From an uncultured virus (IMG/VR IMGVR_UViG_2609459885_000003) (lineage: Duplodnaviria > Heunggongvirae > Uroviricota > Caudoviricetes): 64,000 nt of DNA. This document shows positions 9,647 through 20,447 of this stretch, one piece after another; within the stretch, counting starts at the first letter, position 1, and the number at the start of each line of letters is the position of its first letter. The stretch spans positions 1 through 64,000 of the IMG/VR virus record IMGVR_UViG_2609459885_000003, one strand, 5' to 3'. Position numbers and translations under genes: made by a program. The notes beneath the pieces are model-generated. The model ran no database searches and was not told the DNA's origin. It saw nothing but the letters and a program-made list of their open reading frames with translations.

Positions 9647-9959
9647 ACGAAAAAAGGGGTCTTTACGCGAATACAAAATAGCGTAGCTTAGAATGCATCT
9701 GAGAAGCCAAGGGGGAGATATATGGACGATTTTTACTCAAGAGAGATTACTCTAGCTGATATGCCCTTTCTAATGCATGAATTCGAGCTAGGAACTCTCA
9801 CACCAAAGCTTGTTTGTTCTGTTCAATGAGCCGACATTGCAGATACCAGCAAGTTAGCCATTAAGTACGAACTCTCTAAATCGACAGCTCTAGGCGTACC
9901 TTCTAAAAGCTATGAAAATCGACAAAACCACCAAAAAGGCGGTTTTGTCGTTCCGGGGA

Positions 9960-11519
9960 TTAGAGAGCTTCTGCAAAACGTGGCTGTTTCTCAACTTTTA
10001 CGGGCATCGTAAGGGCATCAGCTTTTTGTTTTCGCATTGCCACTGTTTCATGATAGTGCTGTGCGGTTGCCGTCTCAATGAAGTCCACATCATCACCTGC
10101 CACATCAAACACGGCTGCTTTGATGTCTTCCAAACTAACGTTAAAGAATTCTTTACGTCTGTTGATCAGATTAGTGCGGTTTTCAGCGAAATGTTGGTGT
10201 AGGGCATATTCCAATGCCGGAGCATCTTCACTGAAGATCATAGCATGAACATCAAACAGGAACGGCACAGATGCACTGCCCAGCTCGTCGACTCGGTCTT
10301 GAGGATCAAGGCGGCGTGTCATACCAATCTTAAAGACATTTTCACCAAAAGAGCCGATGTTGGAAATAACGTAAACGTGGCCCCGCTTGGTCTGTTGCGC
10401 CATGCTAAGTGCTTTTAATCCTTTCAACTCAGCTTCGGTAAGCGCTTCTTGCAAGGAATCGATTTTCTCCTGATACTTTTCGGCCTGAGCGGCGGTCATT
10501 TTCGCCAGTTTTTCATTCATTTCTTTCCGAGCTTTATCTAGGGCCTTCTGGGCGCGGCGTTCTTCTTCTTCAGCTTCACGAATAGCGCGCTCAATCTCTA
10601 ACTGGGCTTTGCGTTCCTCGGCCATCTGGGCGCGGATTTCACGTTGTTCTTCTTTTTCTTCCTGCTTTTTGGCTCGGTATTCATAAGTTAAACGCAGCTC
10701 GGTCAGCTTAAGATCCAAGAAGGCATGATTAATGTAGATTTGGTTAACTTCATTGAGTTTATTCAATACATCAAAAGCTTTGTAAATGCGCGATTCCATG
10801 GTGTTGATGTTTTTGAATGTTACGTTGGCAATGGCTGCATCGCATTCACTGTTAAAGGCTCTAGCCGTCAGGTTGATACCTCGCGTTGTCATTTTATTCC
10901 CTTCGGCCTTTGAACCACTTACCGTCCATTCTGTGGTGCAGTAGATGGCCCCAAAAGTGGTCTTGTTACGAAGCAAATCTTTCTGCTGTTGTCGATTGTT
11001 ACGGATAGATGCCTGGAAAAGTTCCGATGTATCGAAATCGAAATGTGGCGCGTAGAAGCCCATTTCTGCAAAATCCATATCCTCTTTGTAGATAGAGAGC
11101 GCAGACTCCAGTTCGTCATACGTGATTTTCTTATCGGCGTAAGAAGCGCGCAAAGTTTGGATCTGTTGTTCAATTTCATCTTTTTCTGCGAGCTGCTTGG
11201 CAACGGTTTGCTGAGTCTCATTACTGAGTTTTTCAGCAGCCGTTCGGGCATCCCCTAAGACCGCATTGGCTAAGTCTCTAACAAACTTCGCATCTGTTTC
11301 GCTTACCGAAATGATGTTGGCTGCTTCCGTCTTCGCTTGAGCCACGATGCGCGCCGCTTCATCTTCGGCATCAATAATGGCGGCATAACGCGCCAATTGT
11401 GCTGCCTTATCGGCAGAATCAGCCCTAGCTGTTTTCAGTTTTTTCGCGTTAACAATTAGGGCCGTTAAAATGGTCACAAAAGCGATAGCCCCTGCGATCG
11501 AATAATACATAACGTTCAT
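9960..11519 (-). CDS. DUF4041 / T5orf172 (GIY-YIG-like) domain protein with N-terminal TM helix
   Basis: TM segment, coiled coil, RAFNSECDAAI (DUF4041), then GHVYVISNIGSFGENVFKIGMTRRLDPQDRVDELGSASVPFLFDVHA and RKEFF. Confidence 0.85.
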   Translation of the reverse strand: MNVMYYSIAGAIAFVTILTALIVNAKKLKTARADSADKAAQLARYAAIIDAEDEAARIVAQAKTEAANIISVSETDAKFVRDLANAVLGDARTAAEKLSNETQQTVAKQLAEKDEIEQQIQTLRASYADKKITYDELESALSIYKEDMDFAEMGFYAPHFDFDTSELFQASIRNNRQQQKDLLRNKTTFGAIYCTTEWTVSGSKAEGNKMTTRGINLTARAFNSECDAAIANVTFKNINTMESRIYKAFDVLNKLNEVNQIYINHAFLDLKLTELRLTYEYRAKKQEEKEEQREIRAQMAEERKAQLEIERAIREAEEEERRAQKALDKARKEMNEKLAKMTAAQAEKYQEKIDSLQEALTEAELKGLKALSMAQQTKRGHVYVISNIGSFGENVFKIGMTRRLDPQDRVDELGSASVPFLFDVHAMIFSEDAPALEYALHQHFAENRTNLINRRKEFFNVSLEDIKAAVFDVAGDDVDFIETATAQHYHETVAMRKQKADALTMPVKVEKQPRFAEAL

Positions 11520-12171
11520 GGAGGATAACCTTGATGAGATTTTTTACCGGCGCACCCGCCCGGCTGCTGTAGGAGAATATACTTGTCCGATGTTGTCTCA
11601 GCAATTTTATAATTTACAACTTTTGTCGTTACGGGGTTTGGATCAAAAAGCCAACGCTAACGTGGGCTTTTAAATTTAGTCTTTCCTGGCTGATGATATC
11701 CATTTCCTCGTGACTGGCCGATGTCGACTTATGGGTACAGGAGTACTTTCCAGCATACTTTTCCCTTATAGCTGACCAGAAATGGCCTTCTACTAGCGGC
11801 CAATGCAAAATCAATAGGTTGTAACGGAACATTATATATTTTAATTCATGTGGTTCTCGGATAACTGAATCGAAGGTGAAATCCAATCTTTCGATGAGAT
11901 TTGCTCCTCACTCATAGCAGACTCCTCTCACATAAATCATCATGCATTTTCACCTTGTACTTATGGAGTCGAGCTCACAGCAAGGCCATGCTAGTAGCTT
12001 AGATCTTACTCAAGTGACTCGCTCTAATTTATAATGATAGGTATGTACTTACTTATCTATTTTGCCATAATATTCCACCTGTATATTTTCTGATTTGCCG
12101 TGTTTACTTGGTTTATGGCCTGTTTTACATGCTTAGAATCTATATCAAAATAACCACAAAGGAAAATACAC

Positions 12172-13257
12172 ATGACGTTGCCATATGGGGTGATCTCCGA
12201 TCCCCATTATCACAAATGGGATTCATTCTCGACGACCGATGCAGATGGTCTCAACTCTCGGCTGGCTATTCAGTTGGAGGCTACAAAAGAAGCGGCCATC
12301 GCTATGAAAAAAGCGGGCTGCACCCACATGCTGGTGGCCGGCGACACATTCCACGTCCGCGGAACCGTATCCCCTACCGTACTCAACTACGTCTCCGATG
12401 CCTATGAGTGGATCGTCAAAGATCTGGGGCTCAGCGTTGCGATGCTGGCTGGCAACCATGACCTCGAAACGAACGACTCTGTCTACAGCGCTAACGCCGC
12501 TGCAGCGCTAAAGTCGATTGGTGTACAGATCGTCTGCGGTCGTAAGCCACACAGCATCGAATTGGGTGACGTCACCGTCCATATGGTGAGCTGGCGAAAC
12601 AACCACGCCGAGTTAATTAGCGACCTGAAAGCACTTCGTGCGCGGCTTGACGGGGATCTGCACGACGTCGTGATTCATACCGCCATCAACAAAGCTATCC
12701 CCACAATGCCTGATGTTGGCATCGATGCGCAGGAGCTGAAAGATATAGGCTTTCGCCTGGTACTGTCCGGCCATTACCACAACCACAAGGAGGTGATCCC
12801 CGGCGTTATCAGTGTCGGCGCGCTGACGCACCAAAACTGGGGGGACGTAGGTTCGCTGGCGGGCTACATGATTGTGAACCCAGACGGCTCGTTCAGTCAT
12901 TTCGAAACCTCGGCGCCGAAATTCGTAAACCTGGAAGACGATGTGGATGACAGGCAGATACACGGCAATTACGTGCGCTTCCGGGCCGTCGTCGAAAACG
13001 ATGAGGAAGGCATCAAGTTGCAGAACGTCCTGAAATCCATGGGAGCGAAAGGTGTTGTATGCAACTTCATTCGCAAGGGCTCAATGATGGAGGGTACCGC
13101 CAGTACCTCAGAGACCAGCAAAATCGACAGCCTTGGCGAGTCTGTTTCTGCTTACTGCAAAATCGTTCATGACACAGACGGTGGATTTGACCTAACCAAA
13201 CTGAATGCCTTGTGTCAGGAGATCCTCACCGAAGCGGAAAGTGCGGAGGCGGTGTAG
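12172..13257 (+). CDS. SbcD/Mre11/gp47-like metallophosphoesterase nuclease
   Basis: SDPH, AGDTFH, GNHD and SGHYH motifs; in an operon with the SMC-like ATPase. Confidence 0.9.
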   Translation: MTLPYGVISDPHYHKWDSFSTTDADGLNSRLAIQLEATKEAAIAMKKAGCTHMLVAGDTFHVRGTVSPTVLNYVSDAYEWIVKDLGLSVAMLAGNHDLETNDSVYSANAAAALKSIGVQIVCGRKPHSIELGDVTVHMVSWRNNHAELISDLKALRARLDGDLHDVVIHTAINKAIPTMPDVGIDAQELKDIGFRLVLSGHYHNHKEVIPGVISVGALTHQNWGDVGSLAGYMIVNPDGSFSHFETSAPKFVNLEDDVDDRQIHGNYVRFRAVVENDEEGIKLQNVLKSMGAKGVVCNFIRKGSMMEGTASTSETSKIDSLGESVSAYCKIVHDTDGGFDLTKLNALCQEILTEAESAEAV

Positions 13258-13490
13258 TGACTTCCTCCCACAATAATTTCTGGGATTTCATCCAGATGAT
13301 TAAACGGCTTGAAAGCGGGGAGCCCGTTTTATTCCAGAAGCCCTATCCGCCAGAAGGAAACCCACAGGCGTTTTACCTTGGTCAACTAACGAAACGTGGC
13401 CTCTTGTCACGCAACTCCTTCCCGGCACATACGGAATACCGCCTTCGCAAAGGGCAGAAATTGACTAAAGCAATTCGAGGCAAAGCATGA
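13257..13490 (+). CDS. hypothetical protein
   Basis: ORF overlapping both neighbours (TAGTG, ATGA); start uncertain. Confidence 0.55.
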   Translation: MTSSHNNFWDFIQMIKRLESGEPVLFQKPYPPEGNPQAFYLGQLTKRGLLSRNSFPAHTEYRLRKGQKLTKAIRGKA

Positions 13491-15403
13491 AATTTTTAAC
13501 GCTCGAAGTGGAAAACTTCATGGCGCTGGCAAACGCCAAGGTCGAGCTTGATCAGCGTGGGCTGGTGCTCATCCAGGGTGTTAATGCCGGGGACTCATCG
13601 GCCGCCAGCAATGGCGCTGGCAAATCAACCCTCATGAATAGTTTGATGTGGTGTATTTATGGCGAGACATCCCATGGCGTTAAAGGTGACGACGTTCTCT
13701 CTACGGGCCATGAGAAGAACTGTCGAGTAAAAGTCACCATTGAAGACGAAGGTAAACGCTACGCCATTATCCGTCACCGCAAGCATAAGGAATTTAAAAA
13801 CCGGCTTATTGTCCGTGGCGAAGACGGCGACATGACAAAGGGTAAAGATTCGCTCACCCAGGAGTTTGTAGAGCGACTGATCGGTGCGTCAAAAGAAGTA
13901 TTTATGGCATCGATCTATGCCAGTCAGGAGGCGATGCCTGATTTGCCTGGCATGTCGGATAAAAACCTCAAAACCATCGTAGAAGAGGCTGCCGGCGTCG
14001 ATCGTCTCACCAAAGCCTACGCGATTGCTCGCGAACGAGCCAACGCAGCTGTCGCACGCATGGAGACCACTAAAACCAAGATGGACGCCTGCTTGTCTCT
14101 GGTCGAATCGGCCCAGAATGAGCTGGAGTCTGCCAAAACCTCTTCTGAAGCCTGGGAGCGAGACCGCAGCGAACGGCTTGATGTCGCCCGTGCCGATCTG
14201 GTTGGGGCGGAAGTCACGCTCACTGAGGTCGAAATGGAGTTGCGCAGTCTGCCAGAGCAGATCCGCGATACTGAAAATGCCATCGGTAAAGAGCGGGAAA
14301 AACTTGCGTCCAAAGAAGAACATGACGCCAAGCTGGTTAAGGTTCGTGGAGCGATCACTGATATACGTGCCAGCATCCGCATTACTGAAAACATCCAGAA
14401 GGAAGCGATGCAACGTGCTCGCGCATTCAAGGTGAAAGCGGAAGAAGTAAATACCAAAGTCGGTGAGCCGTGCCCTACCTGTGGCAAGGCTTATTGCGTT
14501 GAAGATCTGTCCACCGTGAAGGAGAGTTTTGTTGAACAGGCGCGCAGTGAGATCAGCCAAGCGCAGGCATCTGCAACGTCAGTGGCTAAATACCAAGAGC
14601 ATCTTGAGAAGGCGCTCAAAATCGAATCATCACTTGTCGCCAGTACACCAGATGTGTCTGCCATTATTTCCCGAATCGAACAACTGACTAAAGAGCTGGG
14701 AACGCTTCGTCATCGGGAAAAAGAAGTCGTGGCTGTAGAAGCTTTGGTTGCCCGGGCGCGGAGCGAAGTAGATCGCATTACCAAAGAAACTAACCCATTT
14801 CTGGCTGTCATCAAACGCCATGAAGAAAGCCTGGCTGCCAATAAATCTAACTATGGTGTACTTAAAACTGAGTTAAAGAATATACAGGAGCAGGCTCTGC
14901 TGCTTGATAAAGCGCGCCAGGTCTACTCTCCTGCCGGCGTTCGCTCGCATATCCTGACCTCCGTGACGCCTTTCCTGAATGCCCAGACAGCGGAATATCT
15001 CAATACACTGTCGGACGGAAACATTGTGGCGGAATGGTCAACGATGGAATCAACCAAGAAGGGCGAGTGGCGCGATAAGTTCAATATCAGCGTGCGCAAG
15101 ATCGGCGCCAGCAAAACCTTCCAGACATTGTCAGGTGGCGAAAAACGCAAAGTGCGCATTGCGTGCTCCCTGGCTCTGCAGGATCTGGTGGCCAGCCGCG
15201 CGAGCAAGAACATCGAGCTGTTTATCGGTGATGAAATTGACGATGCGCTGGATACTGCCGGGCTGGAGCGTCTGATGGGTATTCTGGAAGCAAAAGCGCG
15301 CGAGCGCGGCACGGTGATGATCATTTCTCACAAAGAAATGAAGTCATGGTTCCGGGAAACCATCACCGTGGAAGTGAAAGAGGGTCGCAGCTATGTCGTT
15401 TAA
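13487..15403 (+). CDS. SbcC/Rad50/gp46-like SMC ATPase
   Basis: SNGAGKS Walker A, coiled coil with CPTCG zinc hook, LSGGE signature, IGDE Walker B, IISH. Confidence 0.92.
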   Translation: MKFLTLEVENFMALANAKVELDQRGLVLIQGVNAGDSSAASNGAGKSTLMNSLMWCIYGETSHGVKGDDVLSTGHEKNCRVKVTIEDEGKRYAIIRHRKHKEFKNRLIVRGEDGDMTKGKDSLTQEFVERLIGASKEVFMASIYASQEAMPDLPGMSDKNLKTIVEEAAGVDRLTKAYAIARERANAAVARMETTKTKMDACLSLVESAQNELESAKTSSEAWERDRSERLDVARADLVGAEVTLTEVEMELRSLPEQIRDTENAIGKEREKLASKEEHDAKLVKVRGAITDIRASIRITENIQKEAMQRARAFKVKAEEVNTKVGEPCPTCGKAYCVEDLSTVKESFVEQARSEISQAQASATSVAKYQEHLEKALKIESSLVASTPDVSAIISRIEQLTKELGTLRHREKEVVAVEALVARARSEVDRITKETNPFLAVIKRHEESLAANKSNYGVLKTELKNIQEQALLLDKARQVYSPAGVRSHILTSVTPFLNAQTAEYLNTLSDGNIVAEWSTMESTKKGEWRDKFNISVRKIGASKTFQTLSGGEKRKVRIACSLALQDLVASRASKNIELFIGDEIDDALDTAGLERLMGILEAKARERGTVMIISHKEMKSWFRETITVEVKEGRSYVV

Positions 15404-16139
15404 CCTAAGCCGCACGCAGTTTTTGCAAATGTTTGCTGTGATGCAGTCATTCAGACTGATTAACAGTTATACCGCTGCTAGGGTGGCTCCTGGTGTAGGT
15501 TGGCAAAATCTCAATATTGAGACGGAGCAATTTACGGCTCTGATAGATCTGCTTTTCAAGACCCCGTTAATGCCAAGCCTGAAATCGATGCCGCCAGAGA
15601 GCAATGCGCCCATTCTGATCAACCCATTTTCGAAAGGTGGCTATCTTCCACACTCTGGGCCTGGGTTCTTGGTGATCCCGGAATCATCTGCGATGGTTAT
15701 CGAAGATGATGTGCTGTACGGGGCAATAGAGGCGCATACCAGCAGTGCGTTTACTAACCTGACTCGACTGGCAAATGCACGTGCGGGGCAGGTTGCAATG
15801 CCAGGCAAGGCATTTGCTGGCATCAATTTCAATTGCGATTCACATGGGAGATTTCCAGAAAGAGGCGAATTAAGCTTTGAGACTGAAGATGGTGATAAGG
15901 CAATGGTTGAGTTCTCTGTCCCCTATGTACTTCGTTCTAACAGGATGGTTGCGCGTAAGCTGATAGATATCATGTCCTACTTCATCGGGCAGAGCATGAT
16001 CGACGCAGACATAGAAAATGGTGTGCTGACCAGTGACAGCATACACGTGGTGAGCAGCATTCCAGAGCCCGTTCGCAAGTCTCCAGTTAAAACCCTGGAA
16101 GAGAAATTAATGGAATGCCCGGTATGGGCAACATGGTAA
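15393..16139 (+). CDS. hypothetical protein
   Basis: 248-aa ORF overlapping the stop of the SbcC-like gene. Confidence 0.7.
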   Translation: MSFNLSRTQFLQMFAVMQSFRLINSYTAARVAPGVGWQNLNIETEQFTALIDLLFKTPLMPSLKSMPPESNAPILINPFSKGGYLPHSGPGFLVIPESSAMVIEDDVLYGAIEAHTSSAFTNLTRLANARAGQVAMPGKAFAGINFNCDSHGRFPERGELSFETEDGDKAMVEFSVPYVLRSNRMVARKLIDIMSYFIGQSMIDADIENGVLTSDSIHVVSSIPEPVRKSPVKTLEEKLMECPVWATW

Positions 16140-16148
16140 GGAAACTCT

Positions 16149-16718
16149 ATGAGTAAAGTGATCAAAGTAGTTGGCGTCGACCCTTCAATGAGCAACTTCG
16201 GGCTGGCCATTGGTACGCTGGATCTGGATACAGACAAACTTGAAATCCATGGTCTTGAACTGGTTGAAACCAAAGCCGGCGGAACGAAGAAAACTGTCAG
16301 AGTAAACAGCGATGATCTGCGCCGGGCTAAAGAAATCTGGCGCACCGCCAGGCCAATCATTGAACAGGCCCATATGGTGTTTTGTGAGCTACCGGTGGGT
16401 AGTCAAAGCTCTCGCGCGCAGACTTCTTACGGTGTGTGTATCGGCGTTCTTGCTTGCGTTGATAAGCCACTTATCCAGGTTACGCCAAATGAAATTAAGC
16501 ACTACGTCGGGAATAAACTGACCACATCTAAAGAAGAGATCATCCAGTGGGCGGTTACAAAACAGCCTGATGCCCCTTGGTTGCGTCGGAAACAAGCGGG
16601 GAAAGATGTACTAGTTGCCAAGAATGAGCACCTGGCTGATGCCATAGCTTCGATATATTCTGGAATGCAGACAGACCAGTTCCGACAAGTCCGCGACGTT
16701 CTTAAAGGGATTTTATAA
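16149..16718 (+). CDS. RuvC-like Holliday junction resolvase
   Basis: VGVDPS...CELP...HLADA RNase H-fold catalytic pattern. Confidence 0.75.
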   Translation: MSKVIKVVGVDPSMSNFGLAIGTLDLDTDKLEIHGLELVETKAGGTKKTVRVNSDDLRRAKEIWRTARPIIEQAHMVFCELPVGSQSSRAQTSYGVCIGVLACVDKPLIQVTPNEIKHYVGNKLTTSKEEIIQWAVTKQPDAPWLRRKQAGKDVLVAKNEHLADAIASIYSGMQTDQFRQVRDVLKGIL

Positions 16719-16754
16719 TCCTCAATTGATAGGTAAGTACTTATTTAATACTAT

Positions 16755-16781
16755 AGGCCACTACATTTAGTGGCCTTTTTT
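16755..16781 (+). terminator. intrinsic terminator
   Basis: AGGCCACT-ACATTT-AGTGGCCT followed by a T run. Confidence 0.6.
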
Positions 16782-16793
16782 GATGGGTGATAC

Positions 16794-19097
16794 ATGATAA
16801 GGATTGTCAAACGTAATGGCTCCACAGAGCCGCTATCCGAAGAGAAGTACAACCGCGTCGTGATGTGGGGGGTAGAAGGTATACGTAACGTAAGCGCCTC
16901 TGCCGTAGCCATGGGCGCCGCCGCGAGCATTTTTGACGGCATGACAACTTCGCAGCTTCATGAGGCATTGGTTAAGTCGGCTGCAGATCTGATTTCGCCT
17001 GAAACTCCGAACTACTCCCAGGTCGCAGCACGTCTGAACATGTTCAAAATTCGCAAAGATGCCTTCGGCGAATTCGCTTACCCAAGTTTCTATCATCATA
17101 TCGTCAGCAACGTCAGCCGCGGCGTTTACGATGAGGATTTGCTTAAGTTTTACTCCCGCGAAGAGATCGCAGAACTTGGCGTGTATATCAAACCCATGCG
17201 TGACGAACTCTTTGGTTATGCCGCAACTGTTCAGCTGGCGAGTAAGTACCTCGTCCAGAACCGAGTCACTGGCGAAATTTACGAAGCCCCGCAGCAGCTG
17301 TATATGCTGGTGGGTATGTGTCTTTTCCAGAATTGGGAAGATGGTTGTGCCGGCAAAACACGTCTGGAAATGGTGAAGGGGTTCTATGACGTCACCAGTA
17401 CATTCAAATTGTCTCTGCCCACCCCAATCATGGCCGGCGTCCGTACCCCGACGCGCCAGTTCTCCAGCTGCGTTCTGATTGAGTCCGAAGACAGTTTGAA
17501 AGGGATCAGCGCTGCGTCCTCTGCCATTATCGATTACGTGTCGCGTCGTGCTGGCATTGGGATTGGTTTTGGCCGACTGCGTGCATTGGGGAGTGAGATC
17601 CGCAATGGAGAAGCCACCCACACTGGCGTAATCCCCTTTCTGAAACACTTCCAGACCGCTGTGAAATCATGCTCGCAGGGTGGCGTTCGAGGGGGCGCAG
17701 CGACGGCTTTCTACCCTATTTGGCATTTGGAAGTTGAAAGTCTGCTGGTATTGAAGAATAACCGCGGCATCGAGGAGAACCGTGTTCGTCATCTGGACTA
17801 TGGCGTAATGATCAACCGCCTGATGTATCGCCGCCTGGTACGCAACGAGAATATTACGCTGTTCAGCCCGCATGATGTACCGGGGCTCTATGATGCTTTC
17901 TTTGTTGATCAGGACAAATTCGAAGCGCTGTACCTGCAATATGAAGCTGATGAGAGCATTCGCAAGAAATCCGTTCCCGCTGTTGATCTGTTCTCAACCC
18001 TGATGCAGGAACGAGCCTCTACCGGCCGCGTGTATATTGCGAACGTTGACCACATGAACGAACACGGCGCCTTCGATCCGAAAGTCGCTCCAGTTCACCA
18101 GTCAAACTTATGCATGGAGATTACGCTGCCAACTAAACCGCTGGCGTTTACCGATGACCCCGATGGTGAGATCGCCCTTTGCACACTGTCTGCGTTTAAT
18201 CTGGGGGCATTACGCTCACTGGACACGCTGAAAGAGGTTGCATTCTATGCGGTGGCTGCGCTCGATTCCCTACTCGACTATCAGGATTACCCGATGGCCG
18301 CAGCGGAAATTCCGGCAAAAGCACGTCGTAGTTTGGGCGTCGGCGTTACCAATCTTGCGTACTATCTGGCGAAGAACGGATTTAACTATTCTGATCCGGC
18401 CGGCAACCAGCTGGTGCATGAAACGTTTGAAGCGATCCAGTATTACCTGCTTGATGCAAGTTGCCGGCTGGCGGAAGCCAAAGGTGCCTGTGATTGGTTT
18501 TCCCAAACTAAATATGCCCAGGGACAGCTGCCGATTGACCATTACCGCAAGTCGCTTGACGCTAACCCTGATACGTCCTTTGAGCTGAAAATGCCTTGGG
18601 AAGAGCTGCGCGACCGCATACGCGAATATGGTCTGCGTAACTCTACCCTGACAGCTCAGATGCCGTGCGAAACGTCCAGCCAAATCACCAACTCCACAAA
18701 TGGTATCGAACCGCCGCGTGGTCCTGTTTCCGTGAAATCATCCAAAGACGGCATTGTGAAAATGGTGGTTCCGGACTTTGCTGAGCTGAAAGATCAGTAC
18801 GAGTACCTTTGGGATATGCCGGATAACCGCGGCTATCTGACCAAAGTTGCGATCATTCAGAAGTTCTTTGACCAGGCTATTTCAGCCAACACCAACTATG
18901 ACCCTACTCGCTTCCCGGGCGACAAGGTTCCAATGATGAAGTTGCTTGAAGATCTGCTCTTCGCTTATCAGCAAGGCGTGAAGACGCTTTATTACCACAA
19001 CACACGAGATGGTGCCGGTAAGCGTGAAGACGATGATCTGGCCTCTGTTGCGTTGGTTGAGCCAGAAGATGAGTGCGATGGCGCATGCAAAATCTAA
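16794..19097 (+). CDS. nrdA: ribonucleoside-diphosphate reductase class Ia alpha subunit
   Basis: ATP cone (IVKRNG), TPTRQFSSC, CSQGGVRGG, SNLCMEI, KTLYY and C-terminal CDGACKI. Confidence 0.97.
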   Translation: MIRIVKRNGSTEPLSEEKYNRVVMWGVEGIRNVSASAVAMGAAASIFDGMTTSQLHEALVKSAADLISPETPNYSQVAARLNMFKIRKDAFGEFAYPSFYHHIVSNVSRGVYDEDLLKFYSREEIAELGVYIKPMRDELFGYAATVQLASKYLVQNRVTGEIYEAPQQLYMLVGMCLFQNWEDGCAGKTRLEMVKGFYDVTSTFKLSLPTPIMAGVRTPTRQFSSCVLIESEDSLKGISAASSAIIDYVSRRAGIGIGFGRLRALGSEIRNGEATHTGVIPFLKHFQTAVKSCSQGGVRGGAATAFYPIWHLEVESLLVLKNNRGIEENRVRHLDYGVMINRLMYRRLVRNENITLFSPHDVPGLYDAFFVDQDKFEALYLQYEADESIRKKSVPAVDLFSTLMQERASTGRVYIANVDHMNEHGAFDPKVAPVHQSNLCMEITLPTKPLAFTDDPDGEIALCTLSAFNLGALRSLDTLKEVAFYAVAALDSLLDYQDYPMAAAEIPAKARRSLGVGVTNLAYYLAKNGFNYSDPAGNQLVHETFEAIQYYLLDASCRLAEAKGACDWFSQTKYAQGQLPIDHYRKSLDANPDTSFELKMPWEELRDRIREYGLRNSTLTAQMPCETSSQITNSTNGIEPPRGPVSVKSSKDGIVKMVVPDFAELKDQYEYLWDMPDNRGYLTKVAIIQKFFDQAISANTNYDPTRFPGDKVPMMKLLEDLLFAYQQGVKTLYYHNTRDGAGKREDDDLASVALVEPEDECDGACKI

Positions 19098-19227
19098 TAA
19101 GCGTGGGGAGATATCCCCACCTTTCACTTCATTGAATGCCTCATTTTAACCAATAAGATAATAATTTGTTTAGAAGTGCATCTAATCATATTGTTTAATA
19201 ATACCGATAACATTCAAAGGGAAACAC

Positions 19228-20370
19228 ATGAGTTACTCCACTTTCCGTTTGGGCGCTAACGACGCAACCAAAGAGCCTATGTTCCTCGGGCAGTCTGTCA
19301 ACGTTGCGCGCTACGATCAGCAGAAGTACCGCGATTTCGAAAAGCTGATCGAAAAACAGCTCTCCTTCTTCTGGCGCCCGGAAGAAGTCGACATAACCAC
19401 CGATCGCATCGATTTCAATACTAAGCTGCAAGAGCATGAGCGGCACATTTTCCTGAGCAACCTCCGTTACCAGACTCTGCTGGATTCCGTTCAGGGACGC
19501 AGCCCAAACGCAACGCTGCTGCCGCTTATTTCAATTCCAGAGCTCGAAACGTGGGTGGAAACATGGTCGTTCTCTGAAACCATTCACAGCCGCAGCTACA
19601 CCCACATTATTCGCGGTATGGTGGATGATCCGAGCATTGTCTTCGATGGCATTGTGACCGACGAGGAAATTATCAGCCGGGCTATCAGTATCTCTACAGA
19701 GTACGACAAGCTTTATGAGATGACCTGCGCGCGCCAGCATCTGGGAGAAGATGAATTCGAACGGCTCTACGTCTCCGAATTTGACGGAAAGCCCTACCCT
19801 CTCCAGCGCCAGCTGTTCCGTACTTTAGTATCCATCAACGCGCTGGAGGCCATTCGTTTTTACGTTAGCTTCGCCTGTACGTTTGCTTTTGGAGAAAGGA
19901 AATTACTTGAGGGCAACACCAAAATCATGCGTTTCATTGCGCGCGATGAGGCGGTTCATTGCGAAGGCACAGAACGAATGCTCCGGTTTATGCGTACAGG
20001 CCGCGAAGGCTTGCTATGGGCCCAGATCGCTGCGGATGAGGAACCATTCATCTATCAGACCATGATGGACGTTGCCGAACAGGAAATGCGCTGGGCAGAT
20101 TACCTGTTTAAAGACGGCTCAATGATTGGCTTAAACGCAGATATCCTGAAAAGCTATGTTAAATACCGAACCAATCTTGCGATGCGCCGTCTTGGCCTGA
20201 AACCACTGTACCCGGAGATAAAAGATGACCCGCTGGTGTGGATGAACAAATGGCTGTTGTCCGACACCTTGCAGATTGCACCGCAGGAAGCTGAGCAAAG
20301 CACTTATCTCGTTGGCCAGATTGACTCCGCTGTTGATCGCGCTGGCCTAAGCCAGTTTGCCGATTTGTAA
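19228..20370 (+). CDS. nrdB: ribonucleoside-diphosphate reductase class Ia beta subunit
   Basis: [40 protein letters not shown]. Confidence 0.97.
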   Translation: MSYSTFRLGANDATKEPMFLGQSVNVARYDQQKYRDFEKLIEKQLSFFWRPEEVDITTDRIDFNTKLQEHERHIFLSNLRYQTLLDSVQGRSPNATLLPLISIPELETWVETWSFSETIHSRSYTHIIRGMVDDPSIVFDGIVTDEEIISRAISISTEYDKLYEMTCARQHLGEDEFERLYVSEFDGKPYPLQRQLFRTLVSINALEAIRFYVSFACTFAFGERKLLEGNTKIMRFIARDEAVHCEGTERMLRFMRTGREGLLWAQIAADEEPFIYQTMMDVAEQEMRWADYLFKDGSMIGLNADILKSYVKYRTNLAMRRLGLKPLYPEIKDDPLVWMNKWLLSDTLQIAPQEAEQSTYLVGQIDSAVDRAGLSQFADL

Positions 20371-20447
20371 GCCTGGATAAAGATTTTGTGGCCTGGTCGC
20401 TCTGGGCCACAATGAACGCGAAAAAAAGCACTAAGGAAAGATAAAGC

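Noticed and set aside
16833..17648. Long antisense ORFs (also 3646..4461, 13889..14560, 48623..49321, 55003..55836)
   Set aside because: They are shadows of well-supported sense genes and show no recognisable motifs.
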